From Lama guanicoe (taxonomy: Eukaryota): DNA of 64,000 nt. The stretch lies in contig MU054187.1 in the NCBI GenBank assembly GCA_013239625.1, forward strand, positions 13,486,974-13,550,973, written 5' to 3'. How positions within the stretch are numbered: the first letter of the stretch is position 1; every line of letters begins with the position of its first letter. Below, one piece after another: positions 51,501 through 61,621 of the stretch. Below the pieces are notes generated by a model. That model was not told the origin of the DNA. It did no database searches and saw nothing but the letters and a program-made list of their open reading frames with translations. The position numbers and the translations under genes are program-made.

Positions 51501-54500
51501 CATAAATGTCAATTTGTTTTCCATAATCCATCATCTTAATATACTTATTTTTACATGAATATCTCAGCTCTCTCCTGCCATTCTAGGCTTCCATCTCTCT
51601 CTTTTTCTCTCTCCCTCTGTGTGCTGGGGTGGGGGGTGTGTGTGAAAGGCCGACAGACAGACAGACAGAGGCAGAGAAGGCTTATCTCAGCCACCTCTTC
51701 ACTCACATAGGGAACACTGAGTCCTCGAATTCAAGGAATGAACTCTCAGTCTACACTGCCTGTTTCCTGTCCTTGCAGCTTGTAAGACTATAGTTTCAGA
51801 TGGTTTTCTCTAAAGTGTATTTATATTAAACTCAATAGAAATATTTATCTTCTTTGGAGCTTGGCTATCATTCCCTAAAACTACGTGTATGTTTTGACAA
51901 TGTTTATGTGTAACTGAGGGCCTAAGTGGAAAGGAAACTAGGGTGGGAGAAGAACCATCCATATGTATCTGCTCCATTCTTTTCACTGAAAATGAGGACA
52001 CGATACACATGAGGAACTGGAACAGATTAATTAGAAAGGGCTCGGAAAGTCGTGTATGTTGACCTCCTGAGCATACAGGAAATGAATCCTGAGCCTAAAA
52101 CCACTGGACTAAGAATTGATCCAGAATATTCCACTGGAGATTTTATCCAATGAAAATGTATTTAATGCTCCACTTTGATTCCAGAAGAACATAGAGATTC
52201 CAGTTGAGCCACAGAGTCTTTATTACATCTGCTCTTTTCTTTTGAACTGTAGAATCTCAGCTACCACAAGTGCTGACTTTTTCTGTCAGGGTATAATTCA
52301 ACTCACGAAGACTACAAGTCTGTACACAGAATGATCAGCAGGAAACTTACTTGTGAAGCAGTGACTCCTGATTTCCGTCCACTGCATTGACAATATCACT
52401 GCTGCCAGAATACGAAGATATCATCAGTTTAACAATCTCAGTGGCCCCCTGGGTGGCAGCAAAATGGAGGGCTGTGCACTTGCCCTTCTGTAAAGAGTCG
52501 TGATGTCAGAATCAGTCAACGTGTAAGTCCCAACGTAAGGATAAAGCCCAAATTCAGTTGTTTTTCCTTCCCAGGCCAACAAAATCATGGAATATGGAAT
52601 TTGAGATGATGAATAGTAATCAGTTTCATCTCCTGAAAAGCATCAGTGTACAAATCATAGCTAGCAATTTGACTTCTTTGCAATCTGACAGCTCTTGACA
52701 GCTCTGACGGTATTTCTACTGCTGTCAGTGTCATTATCTTTACTGTATCTGTATTTGTGTTTGCAATTTTTGGGGGGAGCTCTCAAAATTCTTTAGACAA
52801 ATTAAGATTTGGGAGTCTCTCGTTCTGCTTCTTCACGAACAGCGGGGAGTATTATCTATTTCCATCTAAATTAACTGTAAAAGAGCTGTGAAGCATTTTT
52901 GGCAAATACTACATGACAATTCTACAATAAAAGAATCAGAATAGAACATGAACAGTTACCTCCACCAGGTCCAATTGTGCACCGTTGTCCAGGCACATTT
53001 TAATCATTTCTAGGTCACCACTCTGGACCGCCATGTGGAGGGGGCTAGCTTTCCCGTTGTTCACAAAGTTAATGTGAGACAGTCTGCTATACCCGTGTTC
53101 TTCACCTTTGGGAGAAATAAAATTTGAGATAACAAATATTATTAATAAATAAAAGGATTTTTTTTAAAAAAAGACTTTTTAGACTTACATAAAAGACCAT
53201 GTATAAATTCTAATAAATGTTTCTCAGATTAACAACATCCACCAGAACAGACTTTTTTATAATACATAATGGAGAAAAGCCTCTACTTACCAAACTTTAG
53301 TATTATTTCCATGCATTTTTTGGCACCAGAAAATGCAGCCTGGTGAATAGGGAAGCATCCCCATTTATTTGATTTACAGAGATTAGCTCCTTTATTTAAC
53401 TGAAGAAAAGAACAAAAAAAGTCATGATGCAAGTTAAACCCCAGATCACAAGGATGGGCAAGATTTTGTATGCCTCTCCCAGACCTTTTCACTACTCTGT
53501 GCCTATGTAAAACTACATAGAAAAGCTTCAGATGCTATGGAATCTCTGCAAGTAATCTGGGAACTATGCTAAGATTCTAAAAAGAGACCCTTTATATTTT
53601 ATAATGATGAAGTAACAATATAGACACAAGAACATCGGCTTGATCCCCCAGCAAACTAAAGTCAACACATTTTTCAATGGAATCAAAGAGATTTTTAAAA
53701 ATATTATTGTGACTCCTCCTACACCCATTCTCAATTCCTTATACAAATAAAGTGACAATATTTCCCAGATTCTTTCCCTTTCATTTGTGTAATTAACAGA
53801 TGATTAGACCGGCAGTCATGTTACGCTATAAAACTCAGGCATCTTGACTAAGGCAAGTTCTCTACTAAAAAGTTGCTAAAAGAACCCTGGAAAATATGTT
53901 AGAACATATTTGTAAATTGAAATACCAGGTGGATATTCTGAAATTCTTTTATTTCTTTGTTCTACTCTCTGGGATGGTGGAGAGAGACAATCAAAAATAC
54001 AGAACCTGGCCTGAATAACATACAAGTGATTAAGGAATATTTAAAAGAAAGCTATTTTCTGGAACTCTAGTACCATGCTTGAAAGGGGCATTATGTGGAG
54101 CAGGAGTCGGCCATTCTGATGGGCAGCTCCAGAGTTTTACTGGACCAGAGAGAAGACTGGCTCTTCTGTTAGGGCTGTGGCTGAGGACCTTAGTCATTAT
54201 ATCACACAGGGCTCCCTTTCGGAGAACCCAAGGCAGCAATTTCTTCTCATCTTGGGAACAGGTGATGGCTGTGTTTCTCTTCGCTATTATTTTAGGGCCC
54301 AACAATAAGTCTGCAAATGACTGTATTCCTCTTGCCTTTGACTCTGCAGAAGCTCAGAGTCAAAAGTATGATCCACCTTTATTAACATACAGGCCATTAT
54401 GCTTTGTATTTTGTATTCTAGCCTGACCACCGGCTTCACCTTAATCTTTCCTGTCTATATTTTCTTTTCATTTCAATCTTCTCACATTTTCTGTAATGCC

Positions 54501-57500
54501 TTCCTGTTAGTCTTCAATAAGCAATCTCACACTCATTTAAGATTTAAGGGGTGTATATATACATATACCAAAGCACATAGAGCTATTTTTTCTGACATAT
54601 TTTCTGTATTTTATATTTTGCTGAGAAAAGAAACTGAAAGGTGTTGTAAGTAACAAAAATTCAGGTTGTACTAACTAAAAGATTCAGAAAACAGAAAAAA
54701 TACGATTAAAATACAAACCAAAATCTGCAGTGCTTCACTGTTATCTTTGAAGCATGTGATTATCAAAGCTGTGTTTCCATTTTCTCCTTCCAAATTAATG
54801 TCAGTACTGCTGTGTTCAACCAAGATCTACAGGAAAGGGGAATAATAGTTGGAAAGTTAACTTGCCGGTTTCCAAACAGGGTTTTTGCCTTCCACTAGAT
54901 TATAAGCTCTCAGATGTCAGGGACCACGTCCTTATTCACCTCTGCTATCACTTCTCCCACAGAATCTGGCATAAAACCTTGCACACAGTGCACACTACAC
55001 AAATTTCTCAAATAGATGAAATAATGGCAATTTCTCTATCATATCAGTTAAGGCAACGTGGAGCTGTAGAACTGGAAATAGAATAAGAATTATAGATACT
55101 AGCTAACATAGCTCACTTAATACTGCTCACTTGTAGTAAGTGAACTATATTAAATAATATCTACCAAAAACTAAACTGGAATCTGTGGGTGGCAGGGGAG
55201 GAAAGGAGGTGAAGGAAGGAGAGAGGGAGGGAGGAGAAGTGGGGACAGAATGGTTTCCTTTTTCCATCTAGTCATTTTGCTTTTACCGAGGTTGCAGGTA
55301 TTCTGGGAAATATCAATTAAATGAAATGAAATCTCCATTCTCTCCAGTAGAGGAAAGAGAGTTTCACATTAACACAGGTATTGCTTAATTCAATCAATTT
55401 AGACTTTGTCTGGAACAGAAAACTTCTCTATGATGTAAGAAATTCACCTTCTTGGTAAAATGATGAAGCAATTTCCCTGATGGGAATTTAACTGAAGACC
55501 TGTTATTCCTCACCTGCTGACTACTGGACAAGAATCTATAGATCATTAACCGGTCTTCATTTTATATGAAATCTAACAATAATTAGCTCATGTAAGTGTG
55601 TCTCGCAAAAGAGAAGTCTTTGAATTGGCCTACTAGAGGCCTTTCCTCTTGCAGCATGACTATGATAAAACTATACCATGTGCTTACAATTAAATTGTTT
55701 AAAAACGAATTTCTTAAGCAAGCTGTTTCCTAAAAATCTTGACTTAAAAAGAAAGGCACACAGAGCCCCTTGTTGAGAGAATGTGCCCCAATGTGTCAGT
55801 AAATCAGCAAATTAGGTTCACTAATTAGCTCTGCTCATAAAAGAAAATTACACTGAAAGTTTAGGTCCTAAGTACAAACAGGGAGATTATCGAAGGACAG
55901 TGAGAACACACGATTCAGTCTATGGATGTGAGGCACGTTCATGTGCTGTTCTTCACAAACTCTGGATTCACGTGTGAAGTAACTCACCCAAGTCTATAAG
56001 GAGGGGTTTGCTCTCTCTGACTTCTTAGAATCTTGCATCATAGATTTGGAGCATCTATTAGGTATGACTGCTCACAGCCGTAAGCACAATCTTTCCTAAA
56101 GCTGTGTTAAATTGGATAAGGCAGGGGCCCAGACAGAGCAACAAAACTGTGCGCCCATTTCAAATTCAGTCACGACCAGGCAAGTCTGGAGGCTCGCAGG
56201 TGAGGCCTACGGAGGTCCCTGTCATGAGAATCCCGGAAGCCTCACGGGAGGGTCAAACCACTGGACACTTTGAGGTTAAGCCCCAAGAACACCTGCAGGC
56301 CTGCAGGCTACTAAGAAGCGAGGCCAGCCCCCAACCCCAGAGCCAGCATGCCCCGGGGCACACGGTGTATCTGGGCAAGAACTTGAGCTGACATAGGGCT
56401 AGCTATTTTTTCCTTTGCAAACACAAGGTAGTGGTGGAAGGTCTGGGGAAAGGCTGGACAATGGAGCAGCATTTGAAATTGGCAAGAGCTGGTGGGTTAC
56501 ACCTGACCCCTGGGCGTAACTGGGAGAGGCAGGCCCCTGGGACTGCTATTGGCCAGCGCACAGAGAGACCCTCCTCCAAGTTCCCTCCTCCTCTTCTATT
56601 CTCTTCATCTCTGGTGAAGCAGAGGGGCTCGAAAATATTTTTAGATGAAATTGTGGCTGGTAAGACCACGCAAAGGAGAGACAACTAATTTCAATTCTCT
56701 TGTAACCCTAATTTTATCTTGTTCTGGTGTCACTTAGGAAAATTTTTGTTATATCCACCTTCTAGTTTATAAAATAGTTATGGGTTTATTTCTAAACTTT
56801 CTTTTCTATTTCTATGTGATACCTACCTTTCTGTATTTGTTAGTCTGAAGATTTCCTTTTTTTATTGAAATATAGTCAGTTTACAATGTTGCGTTAATTT
56901 CTGGTGTACAGTATAGTGATTCAGTTATGTATGTATGGATATTATATATATATTCTTATATATATACACACACACTATATACACTATATATTCTTTTTCA
57001 CCTTCTTTTTCATTATAAACTATTACAAGGTATTGAATATAGTTCTCTGTGCTATACAGTAGGACCTTGTTGTTTATCTGTTTTATATATTGTAGTTAGT
57101 ATCCACAAATCCCAAACTTGCAATTTATGCCTCCAACCCCTCAGTCCTTTCTCCTCTGGTAACCATAAGTTGGTTTTCTATGTCTGTGCGTCTGTTTCTG
57201 TTTTGTAAATAAGTTCATTTGTGTCATTTTTTTAGACTCCACATGTAAGTGATCTCATGTGGTATTTTTCTTTCTTGTTCTGGCTTACTAGTCTAAAGAT
57301 TTCTGATTTCTAATTAACAGTAGCCTTTCAACTGTTACCTGCCTTTGAATTCCCAAATCACACTTTCAGAGCAAAGATTAATGAAGTCAATGGGCATTTG
57401 TTTCTGAAAAGAGCCTTCGGAGGAAGCCTGAGAGTTCTTTGGGGAAACAGATGGCATCTCTGGGGGGCCCTGCAGTCACTGGTGGCCCAGCCCAGATGGT

Positions 57501-60500
57501 ACAGAAGCAGCACCTGGCTCATGAATAATGCAGACAGTGAGAAAAACAGACAGCCTATTGCCAGAGGATTTCCCAATAACCTCCAAATGGGGGCTGCCCT
57601 GACTCCTCTTCTTAGACACTGAGAGAAAAGTGTTTGGACGAAAGGGAGCATGGAACTCATGGACATCCCTGAGATCTCTTTGGTGATTTATAGACAAAAT
57701 AGGTTTGGGTGTGGAATGATGAACTGAATATTTTTGTCCCTCAAAGTTCCTATATTGAAATTCCAGTTCCCAGCGTGGTGGTAGTGGGACGTGGGGCATT
57801 TAGGAGGAGATTAGGTCATGAGAGCGGAGCCCTGCCCTGCCAGACCTGCCAGTACTTTGACCTTGGACAACCCAGCCTCCAGAAGTGTGAGAAATACCTG
57901 TGTGTGGCTTAAGCTACCCAGTCCACGGTACTCTGTTATAGTAGCCCAAACTGGCTAAGACAGGTGCTTCTCCCAATAGCCAAGTTACCTGCACTATTGT
58001 TTCTACAGGACAACTTACTGTAAGTTCCAAATCGCCTGCCTTAGAAATGAATTTCTGGAACATGAGCCATTTGTAAATTGCATTTCTCTTTAAGTCAGGA
58101 TGGGTATTTTCTAGTGTGTCTGTGAGATTCTGTGATGTAGTTTAAAAGCCATGGCCTAAATGCTTTAGGCATTTACCAAAGTTTCTTCTGTTTGACCAAA
58201 CTTGGAAAAAAATAAGAAATTTCCCAGTAGTAGTATTCTGTCTTCTGCCAAGACATGCCATCAACTAAGGTGTGTCATCCACACTAACAAAAACAGTAAA
58301 TCATAATTACGTTCTCTGTCTCCACTGAGGCACTCATCACTTTCTTCCCTTAACCATGAAATCGGTCAGGTGAAAGCAGTAAAGCCTGGACTTGCAAACA
58401 TAAAGATGGGAACAACATTCCTAATTCTTGCTTCCACCACCTAATTCTCATGTGATAATTAGGCAGGTTACTCCATTTTCTCTCTGCCTCAGTTTCCTCA
58501 GCTATGAAATGGGATAATAACAGTCTTACTTTATAGATTTTTTTAAAAATGAGGATGTGAAAAATGAAAACATAGAAAGCTCTTAGAAAAACACTGGTAC
58601 GTAAGAACTGGTCGATCATGATGAGACTGTTGTTATTCTCATTGGCATCATCATCATCACCATCGTCATCAGTCCATCAGAAGAAAAGCCCACGTTGAAA
58701 TCATTACATGTTGAAAAGCCCTGGTGGCTTGGTTGGCCATCCTGGCCCCAGAGGACACCACTGGACATGGGTCCTGGCTCGAGCTACGAGGGTTGGTGCC
58801 TGGGGAGCCATCGGCAGCCTTACCTTCAGCACCTCGTTGTGCAGGCCCTGCGCAGCCACGTGCAGCGGAGCCATCAGGTTGTAGTTCCGGAGGTTTGGGT
58901 TGGCTCCTTGGAGAAGGAGAAACTTAACACTTTCAACCTGGTTCTTTTCTGCAGCCCAGTGCAGAGGGGTATTTCCATAATCATCTGTAACATTCAGTTC
59001 TAGAAAAAGACACCAAAATCTGGGTTAGACTTTGTTTGGACCATATTTCAACTCCTACTGCATGCCTAGTCACTTCAGAGCTCAGTGCCCCTGCAGCTGG
59101 CTTCACCTTCTCTATGAAAAATAAAATATAGCTTCAGTTCTCAAGAAATATCTAATGGACACCCTTGGGGATGCACATAAGTATGGCACTGACTTTGTCG
59201 AATGAGTTAGATATTGAGCTACAAGCATCCTTAAGAAACTGACCCTCCTAGCGCTGCATGTTTTTATCTGTGATATGAATTTGGGGATTGCTACAAAGCA
59301 TAGAGCTAATATAAAAGTAATAGCTGTATGCCAGGCACTCTACTAAGCTCTGCACAACCCTCATTTCATTCAGCTTCCAACAGCCTACAGAGAACCATGA
59401 CCATTTTTCAAAAAAATCAGGAAAGATGAGACCTAAGGAGGTTCAAAATCCTGCCAACATTACATGGATAGTAAGGAGTTCTGTAAGTTGACGTACCTCT
59501 TTGAACCTCAGTTTTCTCATATTCAAATTTGGTGGAAGGAAGGAAGAAACTAAAGAAAGAAGGGGAAGAGGGAAGGAGGGAAAAAGATACGTATACCGTG
59601 CAATGTTAGGAGACGACTGTCCCATAATGTCTTCAAAGATCTTAGTGGAGTGTTTGGCCCATTGCAATGGTTCAAAAAAAATGTTAATGAAAAAAGAAAG
59701 ACACACCACTAATAAACCACAGGACTGGACTTGGAGCTCGGGCCCTTGATGCCACCCATGGTTTGCACATGTTTCTACAGCACAATATACTATACTACTT
59801 ACCCTGTGAGCTCAGCAGAAGATGTGCTGTTTGATACTGCAGTTTTTTATACCTATTCTAAAACAGATATGACTATAAATTTTAACAACCATTTAATTAG
59901 TGGCAGTACATTTTTATGTCTGAAGAGGGGGAAACATGCCCATTTAGAAATAGGACTTAGGGACCATCTACAACACCTAGGACTGTGCTGCACCCACATT
60001 TCCCATTTCTCTCCCGTTAAAAATGCATCCTTCTACTACCTCCTTTCATTCATCCAAGTGCCTCACTCTCAGCAACACAGGCACACACACACTCATAGCC
60101 TCACACACTCGTATCCTCACACACATCCCTTGACCATTCTGTCCGATCAAGACGAAGCATTCCATCTGTCATTGCATTCAGCACCCAGCCTAATTAAACT
60201 TGGACCTAAACTTAACAAACTCCCATTCACTAATTAAATAACTTGAATTTGGCTTTTATCTCCAGCACTTTTCGGAAATCATTTGTACAGAGGTCGTGGA
60301 GGCCTTCCAACGTCAAGGTTATTGTGATCTTCTTCCTATTCAATCTCTTCATGGCACCCGACCTTTTGAACTCCTCTCTCCCAGTGACTTACTTCTCCTT
60401 TGGCTTGTGTTCATCATCTCTTATTCATCACTGTCTTCACCATCCTTTTTCTGGCTTTTCTTCTGTCCTCCATCCCTGAACGTTGGTGATCTACCCTTGG

Positions 60501-61621
60501 CTAACTCTGTTGGCAATTTTTTGGTCTCCTAAAGGATTTTCATGCATTTCCACAGTTTGAGCTACTTCCTATACAACAATGCCCCTGTGGTGTGACTCCT
60601 TTCCTTCTAAATTTCTCATCCACTGGACACTAGATTTTAGGCTACGAGTCTACTGAATATTTCCAAGTCAGTGTCTCCTGGGCCTTTTACCCTCATGCTC
60701 ACTTTTCTTGTGTTTGCTTACTTGCTTTCTTTTCTGGGAAGTTATACCATTAACCTCATTCCAAATTGGGAATCTCAAAGTCAGTTCAACCCCTTGCCAC
60801 TCACCCCTCACCTTCAGTCTTTGTCAAGCACTGTTCACTCTACATGCAGAATAGCTCCTGAGTCTCTCCCTGTCTCCCTGTTCCAACCTCAAAACCTTGG
60901 GGGACTCTCATTTCTCTGTATTCTAAAATAGCCTTTTAATTAACATTCCACTTCCAATCCACCTGCCGTAATATTGACAGAATTATCTTAACTAATAAAG
61001 GTCTTGTCACAGCACCTCACTGCTTAAATCTCTGGGGCACCCCCCTTCCTCATTTGACTACAGTTGAGTTTCTCAAACAAGGCTGGGTATACACGGCTGG
61101 GGAGGGTGTTACATCCTCTGGGGGGTCTCATTTTTATTCAATGATAAGCAGTTTAAGTGTAGAATGACCTCAGCGGAAATAGTATAGAATAATACATAAA
61201 ATGCATATGAATTTTTATAATAGGTCATTAGAAAGTCTGTGTTTGCAGTGGGCTGTCCCAGGTCTCTGCATTATCCCCTGCAGTTTCTCAGTAGAAAGCA
61301 CTGAGGAGCACGGCCTGCACGGAAAGCCACCCTCCTGAGTGAGAGATTCATGCCCTTGATAATCTGGGATGAATCTACCCTTCGGAACCCCTTCATCCCA
61401 CTTCCTAGTGAACCGAATGGGACAATGGATTTAGGGAGCACGTGTCGTAACATTCTGTTACCTTCACAAGAGGAGTCACTGACGATCATCTCCATCAGCT
61501 CCACTTCACCTTCCTCCGCAGCGTGATGCAAAGGGGAGGCATTCGTATCATTGTATTTTTTCAATCTGTTTTGCTTCTTCATGAAGTTTTGTAAACCACA
61601 TGCATTTTCCTCAAAAACCAC
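15341..61621 (-). CDS. TRPA1: TRPA1 (transient receptor potential ankyrin 1), multi-exon CDS, exons 2-27; exon 1 outside window
   Basis: 26 exons with AG/GT boundaries and matching phases join to 3252 nt (1083 aa + TAG). They encode ankyrin repeats, the reactive-Cys linker (KCP..ECMK..DFCM..LQCPL), S1-S6, pore [11 protein letters not shown]-like helix and C-terminal coiled coil. Confidence 0.98.
16207..16307 (-). CDS. TRPA1: TRPA1 exon 26 (101 nt)
   Basis: [33 protein letters not shown](R). Confidence 0.93.
18020..18133 (-). CDS. TRPA1: TRPA1 exon 25 (114 nt)
   Basis: [38 protein letters not shown]. Confidence 0.96.
19841..21855. repeat. 99-bp minisatellite/VNTR in TRPA1 intron 24: 19 identical units (19922-21802) plus degenerate terminal copies
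   Basis: GAGGACAACC recurs at 19922, 20021 ... 21803 (period 99). The minus-strand ORF has an exact 33-aa period. Confidence 0.98.
23972..24040 (-). CDS. TRPA1: TRPA1 exon 24 (69 nt, lower gate/TRP-like helix)
   Basis: [23 protein letters not shown]. Confidence 0.96.
24926..26443 (+). mobile_element. 5'-truncated young LINE-1 (ORF2 C-terminus, 3'UTR, A-rich tail), antisense to TRPA1 in intron 23
   Basis: 360-aa uninterrupted ORF 25035-26117 with L1 ORF2 motifs ([30 protein letters not shown] zinc knuckle). AATAAA at 26421. Candidate TSD TTTTTAATTTG at 24915-24925 and 26444-26454. Confidence 0.95.
28458..28640 (-). CDS. TRPA1: TRPA1 exon 23 (183 nt, pore and S6)
   Basis: [61 protein letters not shown]. 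Confidence 0.97.
29049..29178 (-). CDS. TRPA1: TRPA1 exon 22 (130 nt, S4-S5 linker and S5)
   Basis: [43 protein letters not shown]. Confidence 0.96.
30385..30586 (+). mobile_element. hAT-Charlie MITE (MER20-like)
   Basis: GGTCAGGGATGCTGCTGAACATTCTAC...GTTGAGAAACCCTG; 8-bp TSD GTCTAGAC/GTCTACAC. Confidence 0.8.
30767..30936 (-). CDS. TRPA1: TRPA1 exon 21 (170 nt, S3-S4)
   Basis: [56 protein letters not shown](R). Confidence 0.96.
32339..32428 (-). CDS. TRPA1: TRPA1 exon 20 (90 nt, S2)
   Basis: [30 protein letters not shown]. Confidence 0.95.
33308..33470 (-). CDS. TRPA1: TRPA1 exon 19 (163 nt, S1)
   Basis: [54 protein letters not shown]. Confidence 0.96.
34014..34084 (-). CDS. TRPA1: TRPA1 exon 18 (71 nt)
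   Basis: [23 protein letters not shown](W). Confidence 0.96.
35652..35858 (+). mobile_element. hAT-Charlie MITE (MER3-like)
   Basis: CAGTGCTGTC...GACAGAGCAG termini; TSD GTCTAGAC/ATCTAGAT. Confidence 0.75.
36693..36791 (-). CDS. TRPA1: TRPA1 exon 17 (99 nt)
   Basis: [33 protein letters not shown]. Confidence 0.95.
37310..37369 (-). CDS. TRPA1: TRPA1 exon 16 (60 nt)
   Basis: [20 protein letters not shown]. Confidence 0.95.
39684..39749. repeat. 33-bp tandem duplication
   Basis: GGGTTGGGTAGAGGCACATGCAGA at 39684 and 39717. Confidence 0.85.
40347..40440 (-). CDS. TRPA1: TRPA1 exon 15 (94 nt)
   Basis: [31 protein letters not shown] (contains the C621 equivalent). Confidence 0.96.
40450..40512. 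repeat. Compound (AAT)n/(ATT)n/(AAT)n microsatellite at the exon 15 acceptor
   Basis: Read directly; begins about 10 nt from the 3' splice site. Confidence 0.9.
41790..42650 (+). mobile_element. Older, disrupted LINE-1 ORF2 3' fragment with an internal (TA)n expansion
   Basis: Same ORF2 region as the 25 kb element ([17 protein letters not shown]...) but with stops and indels. (TA)n at about 42494-42553. Confidence 0.9.
42716..42882 (-). CDS. TRPA1: TRPA1 exon 14 (167 nt)
   Basis: [55 protein letters not shown]. Confidence 0.96.
43815..43929 (-). CDS. TRPA1: TRPA1 exon 13 (115 nt)
   Basis: [38 protein letters not shown]. Confidence 0.96.
44110..44440 (+). mobile_element. L1 3'UTR fragment
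   Basis: GTCAAAAGGTACAAACTCCCAGTTATAAGATAAATA...CAATTATATCTC plus an A-rich tail. Confidence 0.75.
45404..45455. repeat. (TG)n/(CG) alternating purine-pyrimidine tract
   Basis: GTGTG...GTACGCGCGTGCGCATGTGC with unbroken alternation. Confidence 0.9.
45786..45950 (-). CDS. TRPA1: TRPA1 exon 12 (165 nt)
   Basis: [54 protein letters not shown]; preceded by an 83-nt intron. Confidence 0.96.
46034..46203 (-). CDS. TRPA1: TRPA1 exon 11 (170 nt)
   Basis: [56 protein letters not shown]. Confidence 0.96.
46653..46775 (+). mobile_element. tRNA(Ala)-derived SINE, camelid Vic-1-like
   Basis: GGGGAAGGTATAGCTCAAGTGGTAGAGC (A box) ... GGATTCAACCCC (B box), then an A-rich/C-run tail. Confidence 0.85.
47341..47441 (-). 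CDS. TRPA1: TRPA1 exon 10 (101 nt)
   Basis: [33 protein letters not shown]. Confidence 0.96.
48086..48185 (-). CDS. TRPA1: TRPA1 exon 9 (100 nt)
   Basis: [33 protein letters not shown]. Confidence 0.96.
48531..48607 (+). mobile_element. tRNA-derived SINE head, same family as the copy at 46653
   Basis: TAGCTAAGGGTAGAGCTCGTGCTTAGCAGGCACAAGGTCCTGGATTCAATCCCCAGTACCTCC, near-identical to the 46653 copy. Confidence 0.8.
48661..48850 (+). mobile_element. Short L1 3'-end insertion with a perfect 18-bp TSD
   Basis: AAGAAATTGTTCACTTTT at 48643-48660 and 48851-48868. Interior resembles an L1MA-type 3'UTR end (CCTGAAACTAATATAATG...TATAACTCAGTAAAAA). Confidence 0.85.
50211..50259 (-). CDS. TRPA1: TRPA1 exon 8 (49 nt)
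   Basis: [16 protein letters not shown]; gcag|..|gtaac. Confidence 0.95.
52351..52487 (-). CDS. TRPA1: TRPA1 exon 7 (137 nt)
   Basis: [45 protein letters not shown]. Confidence 0.96.
52960..53105 (-). CDS. TRPA1: TRPA1 exon 6 (146 nt)
   Basis: [48 protein letters not shown]. Confidence 0.96.
53291..53399 (-). CDS. TRPA1: TRPA1 exon 5 (109 nt)
   Basis: [36 protein letters not shown](G); tcag|..|gtaag. Confidence 0.96.
54719..54826 (-). CDS. TRPA1: TRPA1 exon 4 (108 nt)
   Basis: [36 protein letters not shown]; gtag|..|gtttg. Confidence 0.95.
56855..57290 (-). mobile_element. L1 3'UTR fragment
   Basis: T-run start, then TTTACAATGTTGCGTTAATTTCTGGTGTACAGTATAGTGATTCAG...GGTAACCATAAG. Related to the copies at 11500, 13320 and 16375. 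Confidence 0.8.
57710..57962 (+). mobile_element. MaLR solo LTR remnant (MLT1/MST-like), internally deleted
   Basis: TG...CA termini; characteristic TTAGGTCATGAGAGCGGAGCCCT and TGTTATAGTAGCCCAAACTGGCTAAGACA. Confidence 0.75.
58385..58640 (+). mobile_element. MIR
   Basis: GGCAGGTTACTCCATTTTCTCTCTGCCTCAGTTTCCTCAGCTATGAAATGGGATAATAA core. Confidence 0.65.
58824..58999 (-). CDS. TRPA1: TRPA1 exon 3 (176 nt)
   Basis: [58 protein letters not shown]; ctag|..|gtaag. Confidence 0.96.
61462..61621 (-). CDS. TRPA1: TRPA1 exon 2 (160 nt)
   Basis: tttag|GTG...GAAG|gtaac; [13 protein letters not shown]...[26 protein letters not shown]. Confidence 0.95.

Noticed and set aside
59731..60237. 168-aa plus-strand ORF
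   Set aside because: Non-ATG start, runs through a CA-rich simple repeat and probable old L2 sequence, and has no domain.
61271..61461. Exon 2 read-through ORF extension (likewise ORF-track extensions at exons 5, 12, 15, 19, 23, 25)
   Set aside because: TRPA1 similarity stops exactly at canonical splice sites, so the extensions are intronic.
15341..61621. TRPA1 as a pseudogene
   Set aside because: All 26 exons found join in frame with intact splice sites. The missing exon 1 is explained by the window edge.
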